From positions 807,086 through 871,085 of the forward strand of contig CP060236.1 of assembly GCA_023898725.1 (NCBI GenBank): 64,000 nucleotides of DNA, in the 5' to 3' direction. This document shows positions 8,826 to 19,125 of this stretch, in pieces (within the stretch, counting starts at the first letter, position 1; each line of letters starts with the position of its first letter). A program made the translations under genes and the position numbers. Below the pieces are notes generated by a model, which searched no databases, was not told the DNA's origin, and worked only from the letters and a program-made list of their open reading frames with translations. This stretch comes from Alphaproteobacteria bacterium. Its GTDB lineage: Bacteria > Pseudomonadota > Alphaproteobacteria > JAUHZC01.

Positions 8826-10706
8826 TCAGTGGTGGCTTTTATGCCAAGAAACAAAACTCAGTATATTCCAAAGGCGGTAGGGATTATTTACAGCACCAGA
8901 AACATGCTGGTCGAAAGTATTCATGAGTCTATCATGGTGAAAATATAACTTTGCCGTATCACTCGTGAGTAAATCCCGACTCCATGCGTGAAGGTCATTT
9001 TTCAACCATTCTCCCATTGGCACACCAAATCCCATTTTAGGTCGCTCAATCAAATGCTTGGGTATATAGTGCGCAAGAATATCCCGCAAAATTCTTTTAC
9101 TTCCCCCAGCCTGGCGCTTATAAGTCTGAGGTAATGTCCACGCGTACTCTACCAGTCGATGATCCAGAAGAGGAATGCGTGACTCTAAAGAAACAGCCAT
9201 ACTCGCGCGATCAACTTTGGTTAAGATATCACCAGGCAAGTACTGTAGCGTATCGGCTATCATAAAACTAGGAATAAGATCGTTGTGTTGCTTTTGTTCA
9301 TACATAGAATGATAGGAAGATATCCACTCAGGAGATAGAATTTCCCCCACCACCCATTGTTGGACTAAATGAAGCGGCAGATGTGATGGGGAGCTTCGCA
9401 AGATAAATCCCAGGCGGTTGAGTCTGGTGGCGTAAGATTTCCCCAACCATGTGGGAATAAGTGCTGTTGGTATTTTTTCAAGAAACCACCCCACAGCCTT
9501 TGGAAAGGACAGAATTTTCATATATCCAGCGATACGCTGAGCGTAGTCATAGCGGGAGTATCCACCAAAAATTTCGTCACCACCATCCCCAGAAAGTGTC
9601 ACCGTGACCTGAGTTTTGGCGAGCTTTGAAACCAGAAATGTGGGGATTGCGGATGAGTCTGAGAAAGGCTCACCATACATGCCGGGAAGGTCAGGAATTA
9701 TATTGCGCGCATCCATGGATGTTACATAATGTTCGTGGTGATCTGTTCCTAAATGACGCGCAACATCGCGGGCGAAAATTGCTTCGTTGAATCCCTGTTC
9801 TTCAAATCCAATCGTGAAAGTTTTTACAGGGCTTGCAGAATACTCCTGCAAAATAGCCGTAACCAGTGAGGAGTCAATGCCCCCTGAAAGCAATGATCCT
9901 AATGGTACATCTGACATCATGCGCCCCCGGACAGCATTTTTGAGAAGTTTGTGTACCTGATTTTTTGCCTGGCTATAGGGTATGGATCCATCTGGCTCTT
10001 TATTTGCAAGGGCATGAAAATCCCAATAGGATCCACATGTAGGTTCCTTTCCTAAAGAATAGGTAAGAATTTCCCCTGGATTAAGCTTGAAGACGCCTGT
10101 GTAAATACTGAGTGGTTCTGGTACGTAACCAAGTGTGAGATAGGCATTCAGTGCTTGGGGATTAATGGTTGTTTCGTAAAGGCCTGTACGCATGAGTGCG
10201 CTGATCTCAGAAGAAAAACCAAACATGCCATCACGGTAGGCCCAATAGAGAGGCTTGACACCCAAGCGATCACGCACACATGCCAGTGTTCGTGTGTGGG
10301 TATCCCACAACGCAAAGGCAAACTCACCCACAAGCCGTTTGGTTGCTTCAACCACTCCCCATTGGACGCACGCTTGTACGATTACTTCTGTATCTGAGTG
10401 ACCGCGGAAGGTATGCCCTTTTTTGCTAAGCTCCATACGGAGCTCATTAGCGATGTACATTTCTCCGTTATAGCAGAGGATATAGCGTCCACACTGAGAA
10501 GCCATTGGTTGGTTTCCGGCAGGACTAAGGTCGACGATTGCTAGGCGCCTGTGGCATAATCCTCCTTGGAGATTTTCATCAAGCCATGTGTCATGACTAT
10601 CGGGTCCTCGGTGAAGTAAGGTCTCTGACATGATTCCCAGGGCATCCTTGAGGCGGTTGGGTGTCAGTTTATGGGGTGCAAAAACACCGGCAATGCCACA
10701 CATCAA
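8826..10706 (-). CDS. asnB: asparagine synthetase (glutamine-hydrolysing) family amidotransferase AsnB
   Basis: 626 aa with N-terminal MCGIAGVF (class II glutamine amidotransferase, catalytic Cys2) and the PP-loop SGGIDSS of the synthetase domain. Confidence 0.85.
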   Translation of the reverse strand: MMCGIAGVFAPHKLTPNRLKDALGIMSETLLHRGPDSHDTWLDENLQGGLCHRRLAIVDLSPAGNQPMASQCGRYILCYNGEMYIANELRMELSKKGHTFRGHSDTEVIVQACVQWGVVEATKRLVGEFAFALWDTHTRTLACVRDRLGVKPLYWAYRDGMFGFSSEISALMRTGLYETTINPQALNAYLTLGYVPEPLSIYTGVFKLNPGEILTYSLGKEPTCGSYWDFHALANKEPDGSIPYSQAKNQVHKLLKNAVRGRMMSDVPLGSLLSGGIDSSLVTAILQEYSASPVKTFTIGFEEQGFNEAIFARDVARHLGTDHHEHYVTSMDARNIIPDLPGMYGEPFSDSSAIPTFLVSKLAKTQVTVTLSGDGGDEIFGGYSRYDYAQRIAGYMKILSFPKAVGWFLEKIPTALIPTWLGKSYATRLNRLGFILRSSPSHLPLHLVQQWVVGEILSPEWISSYHSMYEQKQHNDLIPSFMIADTLQYLPGDILTKVDRASMAVSLESRIPLLDHRLVEYAWTLPQTYKRQAGGSKRILRDILAHYIPKHLIERPKMGFGVPMGEWLKNDLHAWSRDLLTSDTAKLYFHHDRLMNTFDQHVSGAVNNPYRLWNILSFVSWHKSHH

Positions 10707-10714
10707 AAAAATCC

Positions 10715-11830
10715 TTAACTTCTGAGTATTTGTTGTAACACATGCTCTGTGCGTTTCACCAGTCGTTCACATGTAAAATTATCAGTAATATGATTACGGC
10801 ATTGGTTTCGTATGTTTTCTTTATCACCCTGTATGCGCTTTACAAGAAGGGTGATCGCGTTGACAACACTAAGTGTGGTGGAAGGGTTAAACGTTTCTCC
10901 ATGCGCACCAATAATTGCAGAAGCGTCTCCTACTTGTGCGCTTGCGCAGGGAACTCCGCATGCCATTGCTTCACACAGTGTGTTGGGAAACCCTTCTGCA
11001 ACCGAAGTGAGGACATGTATATCAAGAGAGCGATAGATAGCAACAGGATTTGTGATGTGCGGATAAAAGTGGAATACGGAAGATAGCCCCTGGGACTCAA
11101 CCATTTTCTCCAATTTTTCTTTGTAGTCTTTGTCACCTGACCCCACGAGCACAAAACGCACAGTTGAGTTTGCACGTGATACGTGAGCGGCAGCTGCAAT
11201 GAAACGCTCAATGTTTTTGATTCGTTGAACACGTGTCACCATTCCTATAAGAATATTTTCGTGAGAAATTCCCAAGCTTTGCCGGAACTGACTATGTCCC
11301 GGGCAAAAAAAATCTGTATCAATGCCATTGGGAATAATCTCTTGCGGCGCTCTGTATCCCCGTGTGTGCAGATTCTTTTGTCCTGTGTGTGAGTTGACAA
11401 TAATGCGATGAGGAACCTGCGATAAAAGACGCTCAAGACTTGCAATGGTTCGTGTTTTTAGGCTATAGCCACCCCAGGTTGCCAAAGAATCACGGATTCC
11501 CCATACCAACTTATGCTTCGGAATGAATGGTTTCAGCGCCGCCATGAGCACATTGCTCAAGGGGAGGTAGCTATGAATAATGTGAGGTCTTAGTCTGTAG
11601 AAGAGGCTGACTAATGAGGGGATACCAAAGGCCATCTCTCTTCCCCCATGGATGCTTAGGGAGTGATAGTGCAGACCACTTTCACACGCCAGGGGGTTTT
11701 CTTTATCAAGAGGTTTTAGGCTGACGATATGAATATCGTGCTTGCGTTGGCGCAGTCCTTTAGCAAGATTGATGAGTTGGCGCTCTGCTCCTCCACAGGC
11801 CAAGCTACCAATAACAAAACATATCCGCAT
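10715..11830 (-). CDS. glycosyltransferase family 1 (GT-B fold, GT4-like)
   Basis: 371 aa with a C-terminal EGFPNTLCEAMACGVPC (the E-x7-E motif region of GT1/GT4 enzymes). It lies 9 bp downstream of asnB on the same strand. Confidence 0.8.
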   Translation of the reverse strand: MRICFVIGSLACGGAERQLINLAKGLRQRKHDIHIVSLKPLDKENPLACESGLHYHSLSIHGGREMAFGIPSLVSLFYRLRPHIIHSYLPLSNVLMAALKPFIPKHKLVWGIRDSLATWGGYSLKTRTIASLERLLSQVPHRIIVNSHTGQKNLHTRGYRAPQEIIPNGIDTDFFCPGHSQFRQSLGISHENILIGMVTRVQRIKNIERFIAAAAHVSRANSTVRFVLVGSGDKDYKEKLEKMVESQGLSSVFHFYPHITNPVAIYRSLDIHVLTSVAEGFPNTLCEAMACGVPCASAQVGDASAIIGAHGETFNPSTTLSVVNAITLLVKRIQGDKENIRNQCRNHITDNFTCERLVKRTEHVLQQILRS

Positions 11831-12260
11831 AACTACACTGCTTCAATCGTAGATACACCATACGCATCTTTGGAGTAAATCGCAATAATGCCTATTTAAA
11901 CGAAGAAAGACGCCCCTGAAGCAAACGCAAGACATAAAGCGCCAACAAGCAGGCGAATAACTTCGGCTAAATACATTCTTCGTTTCCTTTTTCTATAATC
12001 TATTCATATCCCGAAATTATTAGCAAAACCTTAAAAACAATCCCAATATCCCTTTAATTACAGAATTTTTCAAAACATATTCAATGCGATCAAAAAACTA
12101 CGTTGTTTCGCTCCACATGCCCCACAATGCTGGTATAAAAAAGAAGTGTAGATACGCAATACAATTGCGCAGATACTGTGGTGAAAAACACGGATACTGT
12201 GTATTTTTTGTGTATAAAAAACTATTGTTTATTTACTTCAATTACGTATTATTCTAATAT

Positions 12261-13304
12261 GTGATAATAAATATAAAAATGAAATCATGCTACATTCTAA
12301 CGCTTCTTTTTGTTACTCACTTAGCGCTACAGGCTTCCTCGGCGCTTAGAAGTGAAGAGGAGGAATCCTCTTATGATCGATCACCAAGGGCAATACACTC
12401 TGACTCTGAAGCATTTTTTTCTGACCCCAGTGATAGTTCCTCTGGTGCGGAGGAACTATCTGAGCGGGCGTGCATGGAAAGAATTGACTCCCCTGATTTC
12501 CCTGGCAATCTGGGTTTATCGGAAAAAGCATGGCTGATTGAAAAACTTTTTTATCTCCCAGAACATGATAAAGGACCTTGGCTTCAGGCCATAGAAAGAG
12601 TGTATGCTGATGATTTTCCTGGTTCTTTGAGTCTGCACGAAAAGAACACAATAGCTCACCGTCTTGCTCTGTGTATTGTGAGCCGCTGTGAGCCCTATGA
12701 GTCTATGAGAGCTCGTCTGGATTGCTTGGTAAGAATTTATGCAAAAGATTTTCTTCCTCACTTCACCGCGCAACAAAAAAACACCTTGATCCACAATACG
12801 CTAGGGCTTCCAGGAGCAACGCAAGAGGGATATCGCTCGTGGCTCTCGTGGCAGCAAGATTTTTATGCCGAAAACTCTTCTTGGGGTTTGGGTCCAGAAG
12901 GGCAATTAGAGGTTATCAGGTGTATTACGCACACCACTATGTACTGTAAGATAGAGCACGTGCTTCCTTGCCTCAAAATTATGAGTGCTCCTGATTTTTT
13001 ACCCTATCTGACGCTGCATGAAAAACTGGCAGAACATCAAGGACTAAGAGTACTCAAAGTGCTTCATGAGGCATCAAAAATATCACCTGTTTTTTTGCGC
13101 TTTCTTACGAAGCACAGGTCATTTTTATTTAAGCCTATGCGAAACTCAGCCGAAGCAGTTGATTTTATTCGAACTCTCATGTTTTGTTACGATACTGTCG
13201 TCAGCCCAGTACTTATAACACCACAAAATCCAACGGGCAGAGTATTTTCTCGACCAGAGATATGGCCAACGCTCATTGAGTACCTTGGCGGTACACAAAG
13301 GTAG
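12261..13304 (+). CDS. hypothetical secreted protein with four internal ~45-aa repeats (DFPGxLxLxEK)
   Basis: Signal peptide (MKSCYILTLLFVTHLALQASSA), an acidic Ser-rich linker, then repeated DFPGNLGLSEKAWL / DFPGSLSLHEKNTI / DFLPHFTAQQKNTL / DFLPYLTLHEKLAE units. No known domain recognised. Confidence 0.5.
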   Translation: MIINIKMKSCYILTLLFVTHLALQASSALRSEEEESSYDRSPRAIHSDSEAFFSDPSDSSSGAEELSERACMERIDSPDFPGNLGLSEKAWLIEKLFYLPEHDKGPWLQAIERVYADDFPGSLSLHEKNTIAHRLALCIVSRCEPYESMRARLDCLVRIYAKDFLPHFTAQQKNTLIHNTLGLPGATQEGYRSWLSWQQDFYAENSSWGLGPEGQLEVIRCITHTTMYCKIEHVLPCLKIMSAPDFLPYLTLHEKLAEHQGLRVLKVLHEASKISPVFLRFLTKHRSFLFKPMRNSAEAVDFIRTLMFCYDTVVSPVLITPQNPTGRVFSRPEIWPTLIEYLGGTQR

Positions 13305-13354
13305 ATGAGAATAACGCAGGTTTTTTTTGTTTTTATTAAGAATGCTTTATTTCT

Positions 13355-14698
13355 CTACTCAGGCTTTGCCAAGTACCGTTCAAGCCAGTGAATATCAAAG
13401 GCACCCTCAGCAATATTGCTATTGTGTGCGAGGCGTTTGTGTAGGGGAATATTTGTTTTGATTCCTGTAATCACGAATTCCTCTAGGGCACGCTGGAGTC
13501 GGGCAAGACATTCGGCACGGGTTTCTCCGTAGACAATGATCTTGCCCACAAGGCTGTCATAGGTCGGCGGAACTTTGTATCCGGCATATAAGTGACTGTC
13601 GACCCGCACATGCATGCCTCCGGGAGGGTGATATTTTTCAACCAGGCCAGGAGAGGGCATAAATGTTTCGGGATCTTCCGCATTAATGCGACATTCAATA
13701 GCGTGGCCAGAAAAGCGAATATCTGATTGTTTGAAACGTAGTTTTTCACCTGCAGCTACACGAATTTGCTCACGAATGAGGTCAATTCCTGTAATCATTT
13801 CCGTGATGGGATGTTCCACTTGAATGCGTGTGTTCATCTCAATAAAGTAAAACTGACCCTCTTCATACAAAAACTCAAAGGTTCCAACCCCTCTGTAACC
13901 AAGCTTTTGCACCGCACGTGTAACCACTTTTCCTAGTTTATAACGCTCTTTTTCTGTAAGAGAAAATCCAGGTGCTTCCTCCCAAATTTTTTGATGACGC
14001 CGTTGAATAGAACAGTCACGTTCACCTAAGTGCACAACATTTCCATAATTATCAGCGAGTACCTGCACTTCAATGTGCCGAGGTTTTGTCAGATACTTTT
14101 CCATAAATACGGTGTCATCACCAAAATTGGATTTTGCTTCGGATCGTGCGATACGCAAGGCGTGAGGAATGTCCTTTTCGCTATACACGATCTGCATCCC
14201 TTTTCCGCCACCACCGCTGGACGCTTTGATAAGAATTGGAAAACCAATACTACGTGCGTACTGTAGTGCAGCTTGATCATCCCGCACCGCTCCGGCAGAT
14301 CCTGGCACAACAGGTACACCGAATTTCTCGAGCGTTTGTTTAGCCGTTACCTTATCACCCATAACCTTGATATGCGTAGGAGAGGGACCGATAAATATAA
14401 GATCATGTTCCTCGACCATGCTGGCAAAGGTATCATTCTCAGACAAAAACCCAACGCCTGGATGAATGGCTTGTGCTCCTGAAATAACCGCTGCTGAGAT
14501 AATAGACTGCATATTTAAATAGCTGTCACGGGAAGGTGCCGGGCCAATGCATATAGACTCATCAGCGAGGCGGACGGGTTTGCTTTCTGCATCGATGGTA
14601 GAGTGTGCAATGATCGTTCGCACACCCATTTCCTTGCAGGCACGAATGATCCGAAGAGCAATTTCACCGCGATTAGCAATCAAAATCTTGTGAAACAT
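13355..14698 (-). CDS. accC: acetyl-CoA carboxylase biotin carboxylase subunit AccC
   Basis: 447 aa starting MFHKILIANRGEIALRIIRACKEMG with ATP-grasp motifs, immediately downstream of accB. Confidence 0.95.
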   Translation of the reverse strand: MFHKILIANRGEIALRIIRACKEMGVRTIIAHSTIDAESKPVRLADESICIGPAPSRDSYLNMQSIISAAVISGAQAIHPGVGFLSENDTFASMVEEHDLIFIGPSPTHIKVMGDKVTAKQTLEKFGVPVVPGSAGAVRDDQAALQYARSIGFPILIKASSGGGGKGMQIVYSEKDIPHALRIARSEAKSNFGDDTVFMEKYLTKPRHIEVQVLADNYGNVVHLGERDCSIQRRHQKIWEEAPGFSLTEKERYKLGKVVTRAVQKLGYRGVGTFEFLYEEGQFYFIEMNTRIQVEHPITEMITGIDLIREQIRVAAGEKLRFKQSDIRFSGHAIECRINAEDPETFMPSPGLVEKYHPPGGMHVRVDSHLYAGYKVPPTYDSLVGKIIVYGETRAECLARLQRALEEFVITGIKTNIPLHKRLAHNSNIAEGAFDIHWLERYLAKPE

Positions 14699-14710
14699 AT
14701 ATCCCTCTGC

Positions 14711-15256
14711 TTATCCAATAGAAACCAAAGGTTGATCAAACTCAACAGGATCTTCGTTGTTTATAAGAATTGCTTTTACAACACCATCTTTGGTACTACG
14801 AATCGGATTCATGACCTTCATAGCTTCAATAATCACAAGAGTATCCCCTTTTTTAACCCTCGCCCCTACTGCAATAAAGTTTTTTTCACCGGGCGTGGGG
14901 GCCATGTACGCGACACCAACCATGGGAGATTTCACAATCTCATCAGACTGTTGCTGTGAAGAAGGAGAGGGATTTTCTGGGGCGATAGTTTCTGTTTGTG
15001 CACCGACAGGAAAAAAATTCCCCGCTGGCACGGGTGCTGAATGACCCTGATAGGTGTGGCGGCACACGCGCACCCGTCCAATACCTGGATTTTCAAATTC
15101 AATCTCGGTAAGTTTTGTATCGTCTAAAACCTTTGCGAGGTCCCGAATAATATCTGTGTAAGAAGATTTTTCATGAGAGGGTGTTACTTTATTAAGGGCT
15201 TCTTTCTTGGGTGCGGGGGATGCATTATGAGACTTTGTTGCCATGTAAATAACCAA
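14711..15256 (-). CDS. accB: acetyl-CoA carboxylase biotin carboxyl carrier protein AccB
   Basis: C-terminal biotinyl domain with the EAMKVMN biotinylation motif and an Ala/Pro-rich linker. Confidence 0.9.
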   Translation of the reverse strand: MVIYMATKSHNASPAPKKEALNKVTPSHEKSSYTDIIRDLAKVLDDTKLTEIEFENPGIGRVRVCRHTYQGHSAPVPAGNFFPVGAQTETIAPENPSPSSQQQSDEIVKSPMVGVAYMAPTPGEKNFIAVGARVKKGDTLVIIEAMKVMNPIRSTKDGVVKAILINNEDPVEFDQPLVSIG

Positions 15257-15294
15257 AAACTAACCACTGTAATCTGAAACTTACCCTCAAACGT

Positions 15295-15855
15295 CTAGGA
15301 TTGCAATTTTTCAATTGGGATTAGAGCCTGAAGGGCTAATTTTAGTTTTTGATTAAGAGTGGCGTTCGTTAGTTTGCCAGATTGATTGTCAAAATTATCA
15401 TTAAAGCTACCGATAGAAAGCGTAGATTTGACGATTGCTCCAAAAAATGGTGCCGATTCCTGAGCGATCCTCATCACGCTTGACCCCCCTTTTATTCCAA
15501 CAGAAGCAGATAATATTACCATGGGCTTGTCTTGAAAAACACGCATATTGATGCGTGATATCCAGTCAAGAATATTTTTGAATGCCGTCGTATAGCACCC
15601 ATTATGCTCAGCATAAGAAATGATCAGAGCATCGGAAGCGCCAATCGTATCAAAGAAACGATGTGCAAGAGCGGGAATTCCACTGTCTTGTTCCCGATCG
15701 ATGCTGTAAATTGGCATTTCAAAATCATTCAAGTCGATAATTTCAATATCTGCGCCTTGTAAAATTTCACTTTTTATAAGAGCCGAAGCATAGTGAATAA
15801 GCTGATTATTAAGGGATTTTTTGCTATTGGTGGCAGCGAACGCTACAATTTTCAT
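15295..15855 (-). CDS. NAD(P)H-dependent FMN reductase / flavodoxin-like oxidoreductase
   Basis: MKIVAFAATNSKKSLNNQLIHYA is a flavodoxin-like fold N-terminus typical of the SsuE/ArsH/NADPH-FMN reductase family. The start was set at the MKIVAF Met. Confidence 0.65.
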   Translation of the reverse strand: MKIVAFAATNSKKSLNNQLIHYASALIKSEILQGADIEIIDLNDFEMPIYSIDREQDSGIPALAHRFFDTIGASDALIISYAEHNGCYTTAFKNILDWISRINMRVFQDKPMVILSASVGIKGGSSVMRIAQESAPFFGAIVKSTLSIGSFNDNFDNQSGKLTNATLNQKLKLALQALIPIEKLQS

Positions 15856-16218
15856 TGTTCTCTCTCTTTCTTGAGGGTTTATTCTGTTGCGCAATGAACC
15901 CCTTTTTCAAACAATACTGTATGAATTCTCAGTCATGCAATACCCCATACTTATTATAGTGAAAAAAACTTTTCTGTGGTCAATCTTCACTCTTTCCTCC
16001 ACTTTATTACAGAAAATTTCTGGACGAAACTCCTCACAAATGTAAAAACTGGAATCGTCACTAAGCGAAGATGCTGGAAATTACAAAAAATAATTTTTTG
16101 ATAATTACTCCCAACCTTAAACATGAGGTCTTTTACTGATATAAATTAAATTTTTATTTTTAAATAAAAATTTAATACAACTCAAATACATTAATCTGCA
16201 TTAATAATTCTTAATCTT

Positions 16219-17739
16219 ATGAAAAAGATCATTAGCGGAACGTATGTAAGCCTATTTTTTGCGGCAAATGCCACGCTATTACTATCACATGTTTGGGGGT
16301 CGGATCAGCGTGCTGCAAATCCTGAGGCCCCCGAAACAGTTGTTCCTGGGTTATCTGGGATGGGATATACGGCTCCTCCTGATTCTGGCTTATTGGAACA
16401 ACCTCACGTCGATGTAGCTGCACGCCTTCTGACTCCAGATAGAAGCTCCTATGAGAGGTGGATGGATAATGTATATCATGCGCGCACTTTTTTGGGCATA
16501 GAGGCACGTGGTGCTGATGTCTCTCGGCTTGTTCGTATCCTTTCTGGATTGCCACCAGGGAGTGTTGAGGGGTGCATTGCCCACGCAGGCAGTCTAACGA
16601 CAGAAGACATGACGCCATCAAATCGGGTGGAAGTTATGCGCATTCTCTCCGGTATACAGCCGCTGCATCGTGACGATTTCGTTGCCAAGATCTGGAGGCT
16701 TTATCCACGCCTGGAGAAAGAAGAGCATGTAATGCACGCTCTTCTTACAACCCATAGACTGTACTCCCCGCATGCGCAGATGAGCAATGTTGATGATTTT
16801 ATTAATATGATTGAAGGTATTCGCCTCGATGGGGAAAGCCGAGAGGAGGCTATGGCTATTCTCTTAGAGCGCAGCCATGACGAACGCAAAAGCCGTGTGG
16901 CTCGTGTTTATGAGTATGTAGGTCTTTCACCATGGCATCATGGGTACGCCACCCGTGTCCTCGACATTCTTCGGTCTCCTGTTGGGCAAAATATTCTTCC
17001 TCCTCAAGAAAGACTGATAGATATGGCGGCTGACGGCATTGATGTCCATGTTTTGGGTCGAGATTCGGCTACGAAACGCGCGTATGAACTTGTTTGGGAT
17101 CATCAAAGAGGTCTTACAGAAGAAGCAATAAGTACCTCCTATGGCAATTTCTTGGAAACGATGGAATTATTGGAAGAGTCACGTCAGACTATGCTTCTGC
17201 AAGCTCTTGGTCTAATGCGTGCAGTCGGTCAGTCATTTGGTGGTCTTCTTGATATTGAAGACAAGATAACCTCTTTGGATATCAATATGTCTCCACATGA
17301 ATTTCTGGGGCGTCTATGGCACTTTGCCTTGCATTACCGTGACCCAAGAGGAGGAACTGTGGCAGAGCAAAAAGAAGCATTTTTGAGTGGACTGATAGAT
17401 GCAATAGAGAGTGATGGCCATCGCGTTTGTGTTGCCGGACAACTTCAGCGATTAGCCGTTAGTTTGTTTCAGGGGCGCCTTCCTGGTGTGGATATTGACG
17501 GCTTAGATGCCATGCAAGTGGCAACTGAAGTAAAGTCTGTTTGTGTTACTCCTGCTGATACGGCAATAATTGTTCTTGGGGCTTGGACTGCCTATCAAGA
17601 AGGGCTTCGTCATACCGCCACAGCTGTTGACCTAGAGCGGTTTGCCCATGAGTACAGAGTGCAAAACCCCGGGATACACCCTGATTCTTTTGCGGAAACT
17701 CTTATTGAGTTGCGTGATAGGTTACATCGTGAGATGTAA
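16219..17739 (+). CDS. hypothetical secreted protein (506 aa, mostly alpha-helical)
   Basis: Signal peptide (MKKIISGTYVSLFFAANATLLLSHVWG), long ORF with coherent codon usage and no recognisable domain. Confidence 0.5.
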   Translation: MKKIISGTYVSLFFAANATLLLSHVWGSDQRAANPEAPETVVPGLSGMGYTAPPDSGLLEQPHVDVAARLLTPDRSSYERWMDNVYHARTFLGIEARGADVSRLVRILSGLPPGSVEGCIAHAGSLTTEDMTPSNRVEVMRILSGIQPLHRDDFVAKIWRLYPRLEKEEHVMHALLTTHRLYSPHAQMSNVDDFINMIEGIRLDGESREEAMAILLERSHDERKSRVARVYEYVGLSPWHHGYATRVLDILRSPVGQNILPPQERLIDMAADGIDVHVLGRDSATKRAYELVWDHQRGLTEEAISTSYGNFLETMELLEESRQTMLLQALGLMRAVGQSFGGLLDIEDKITSLDINMSPHEFLGRLWHFALHYRDPRGGTVAEQKEAFLSGLIDAIESDGHRVCVAGQLQRLAVSLFQGRLPGVDIDGLDAMQVATEVKSVCVTPADTAIIVLGAWTAYQEGLRHTATAVDLERFAHEYRVQNPGIHPDSFAETLIELRDRLHREM

Positions 17740-17916
17740 ACTTTCTTGAACCACTATACGCAGGAAAAGTAGATTCTGTGTCTATAGGATTTTGGGCGCC
17801 ATTTTTTCACAGATTAGAACGCCAAATCCTCAAGAAAACCAAAGCTTTCAAGGTATTTCTTTGCATAATCATATACTTCTGATAGTGTTTGCTTTTGTTT
17901 TATAAAAGTTACATTA

Positions 17917-19113
17917 ATGACTCAATCGCGCCGGTTAGAATTTCCTATTTATATTATAAGCTTTATGAGTATGCTTGTAAATATTTCGGCAAGCATCATG
18001 TTTACGGCGATGCCAACATATATGACCACAGTGTTGAAGGTCAGTCCTTTTGCCTTGGGACATATTGAAGGGGGGTTGGAGCTTGTCGCCTATTTCTTGC
18101 GTGTATTTTCGGGTGTAATCAGCGATATTTTTCGGTGTCGTAAATTTTTGCTAGTTATTGCCCTTGTGTTTATTGTTTTTTCGCGGCCGTTGCTAGCCTT
18201 CTTCCCTTTTCTGGGGATTGTGATTTTTGCCCGTGTTTTGGACCGTCTCGGCAATGGACTGCAGGCGTCGCCCCGGGAGGCCCTGATTAGTGACTACTCG
18301 AACAGGGAAACAAAAGGAGCAGCCTATGGACTGCGTAATAGCCTTGGGATGGTGGGTTCTTTGGGAGGCTCCGCCCTTTTGTGGTGGTTAATGCATAAAA
18401 CAAGTGGAGACTATCAATTTATTTTTACCGTGGCTATCGTTCCTCCGGTAACTGCTCTTTTGCTGCTTCTCTTTTTTGTTAAGGATAAAAAAGAGAATCC
18501 ACGGAATACTCAAGTCCGTTCACACTTTTCTTTTCATGAAATTAATAATTTACCAAAAAAATACTGGTTTATTTTAGGAGTTGCTGCCTTTTATTGTCTA
18601 GCTAATCCTGCAGGAAGCTTTTTGATTCTACATGCGCAAGAAAAAGGGTTAAATGCCTGTGATGCGCCCACAATTATGATGATGCAGAATATTCTCGCTG
18701 CCCTTATCAGCTACCCGGTGGGTCGTCTTTCAGATCGTGTGAACAGAATTCATATGTTGATGCTTTGTTCTGTGCTCATGATCGTTGCCAATATGTTTAT
18801 GGCCCGTGCGGAAGGTGTTGCGATGGTTTATGTGGGGGTTGCCGTTTGGGGATTACAGTTTGGCCTGAACCAAAGTCTTTTGTTTGCGGAAATAGCCAAT
18901 ACTGTGCCAAAAGGTCTGCGGGGAACTGGCTTTGGTTTATTTTATTTGGTCGCAGGGGTGTTCTTATATGCCAGCAATGCAACAGCTGGATATCTTCTCC
19001 AGCATTATGGCAGTTCGTCTATTTTTATCCTTGGATCGTTTTGGGCAGTAGGGGGATTAGGGCTTCTCATTTTTATGAAACACGCTAGAATGCGTACAGA
19101 AAAAAAGCAATAG
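17917..19113 (+). CDS. MFS transporter
   Basis: 398 aa, 12 TM segments and the MFS loop motif (DRLGNG). Confidence 0.7.
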   Translation: MTQSRRLEFPIYIISFMSMLVNISASIMFTAMPTYMTTVLKVSPFALGHIEGGLELVAYFLRVFSGVISDIFRCRKFLLVIALVFIVFSRPLLAFFPFLGIVIFARVLDRLGNGLQASPREALISDYSNRETKGAAYGLRNSLGMVGSLGGSALLWWLMHKTSGDYQFIFTVAIVPPVTALLLLLFFVKDKKENPRNTQVRSHFSFHEINNLPKKYWFILGVAAFYCLANPAGSFLILHAQEKGLNACDAPTIMMMQNILAALISYPVGRLSDRVNRIHMLMLCSVLMIVANMFMARAEGVAMVYVGVAVWGLQFGLNQSLLFAEIANTVPKGLRGTGFGLFYLVAGVFLYASNATAGYLLQHYGSSSIFILGSFWAVGGLGLLIFMKHARMRTEKKQ

Positions 19114-19125
19114 ATTTAGAGATAT

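Noticed and set aside
8399-8926. 175-aa plus-strand ORF overlapping ogt/asnB
   Set aside because: It is antisense to two conserved genes and gives a Cys-rich junk translation.
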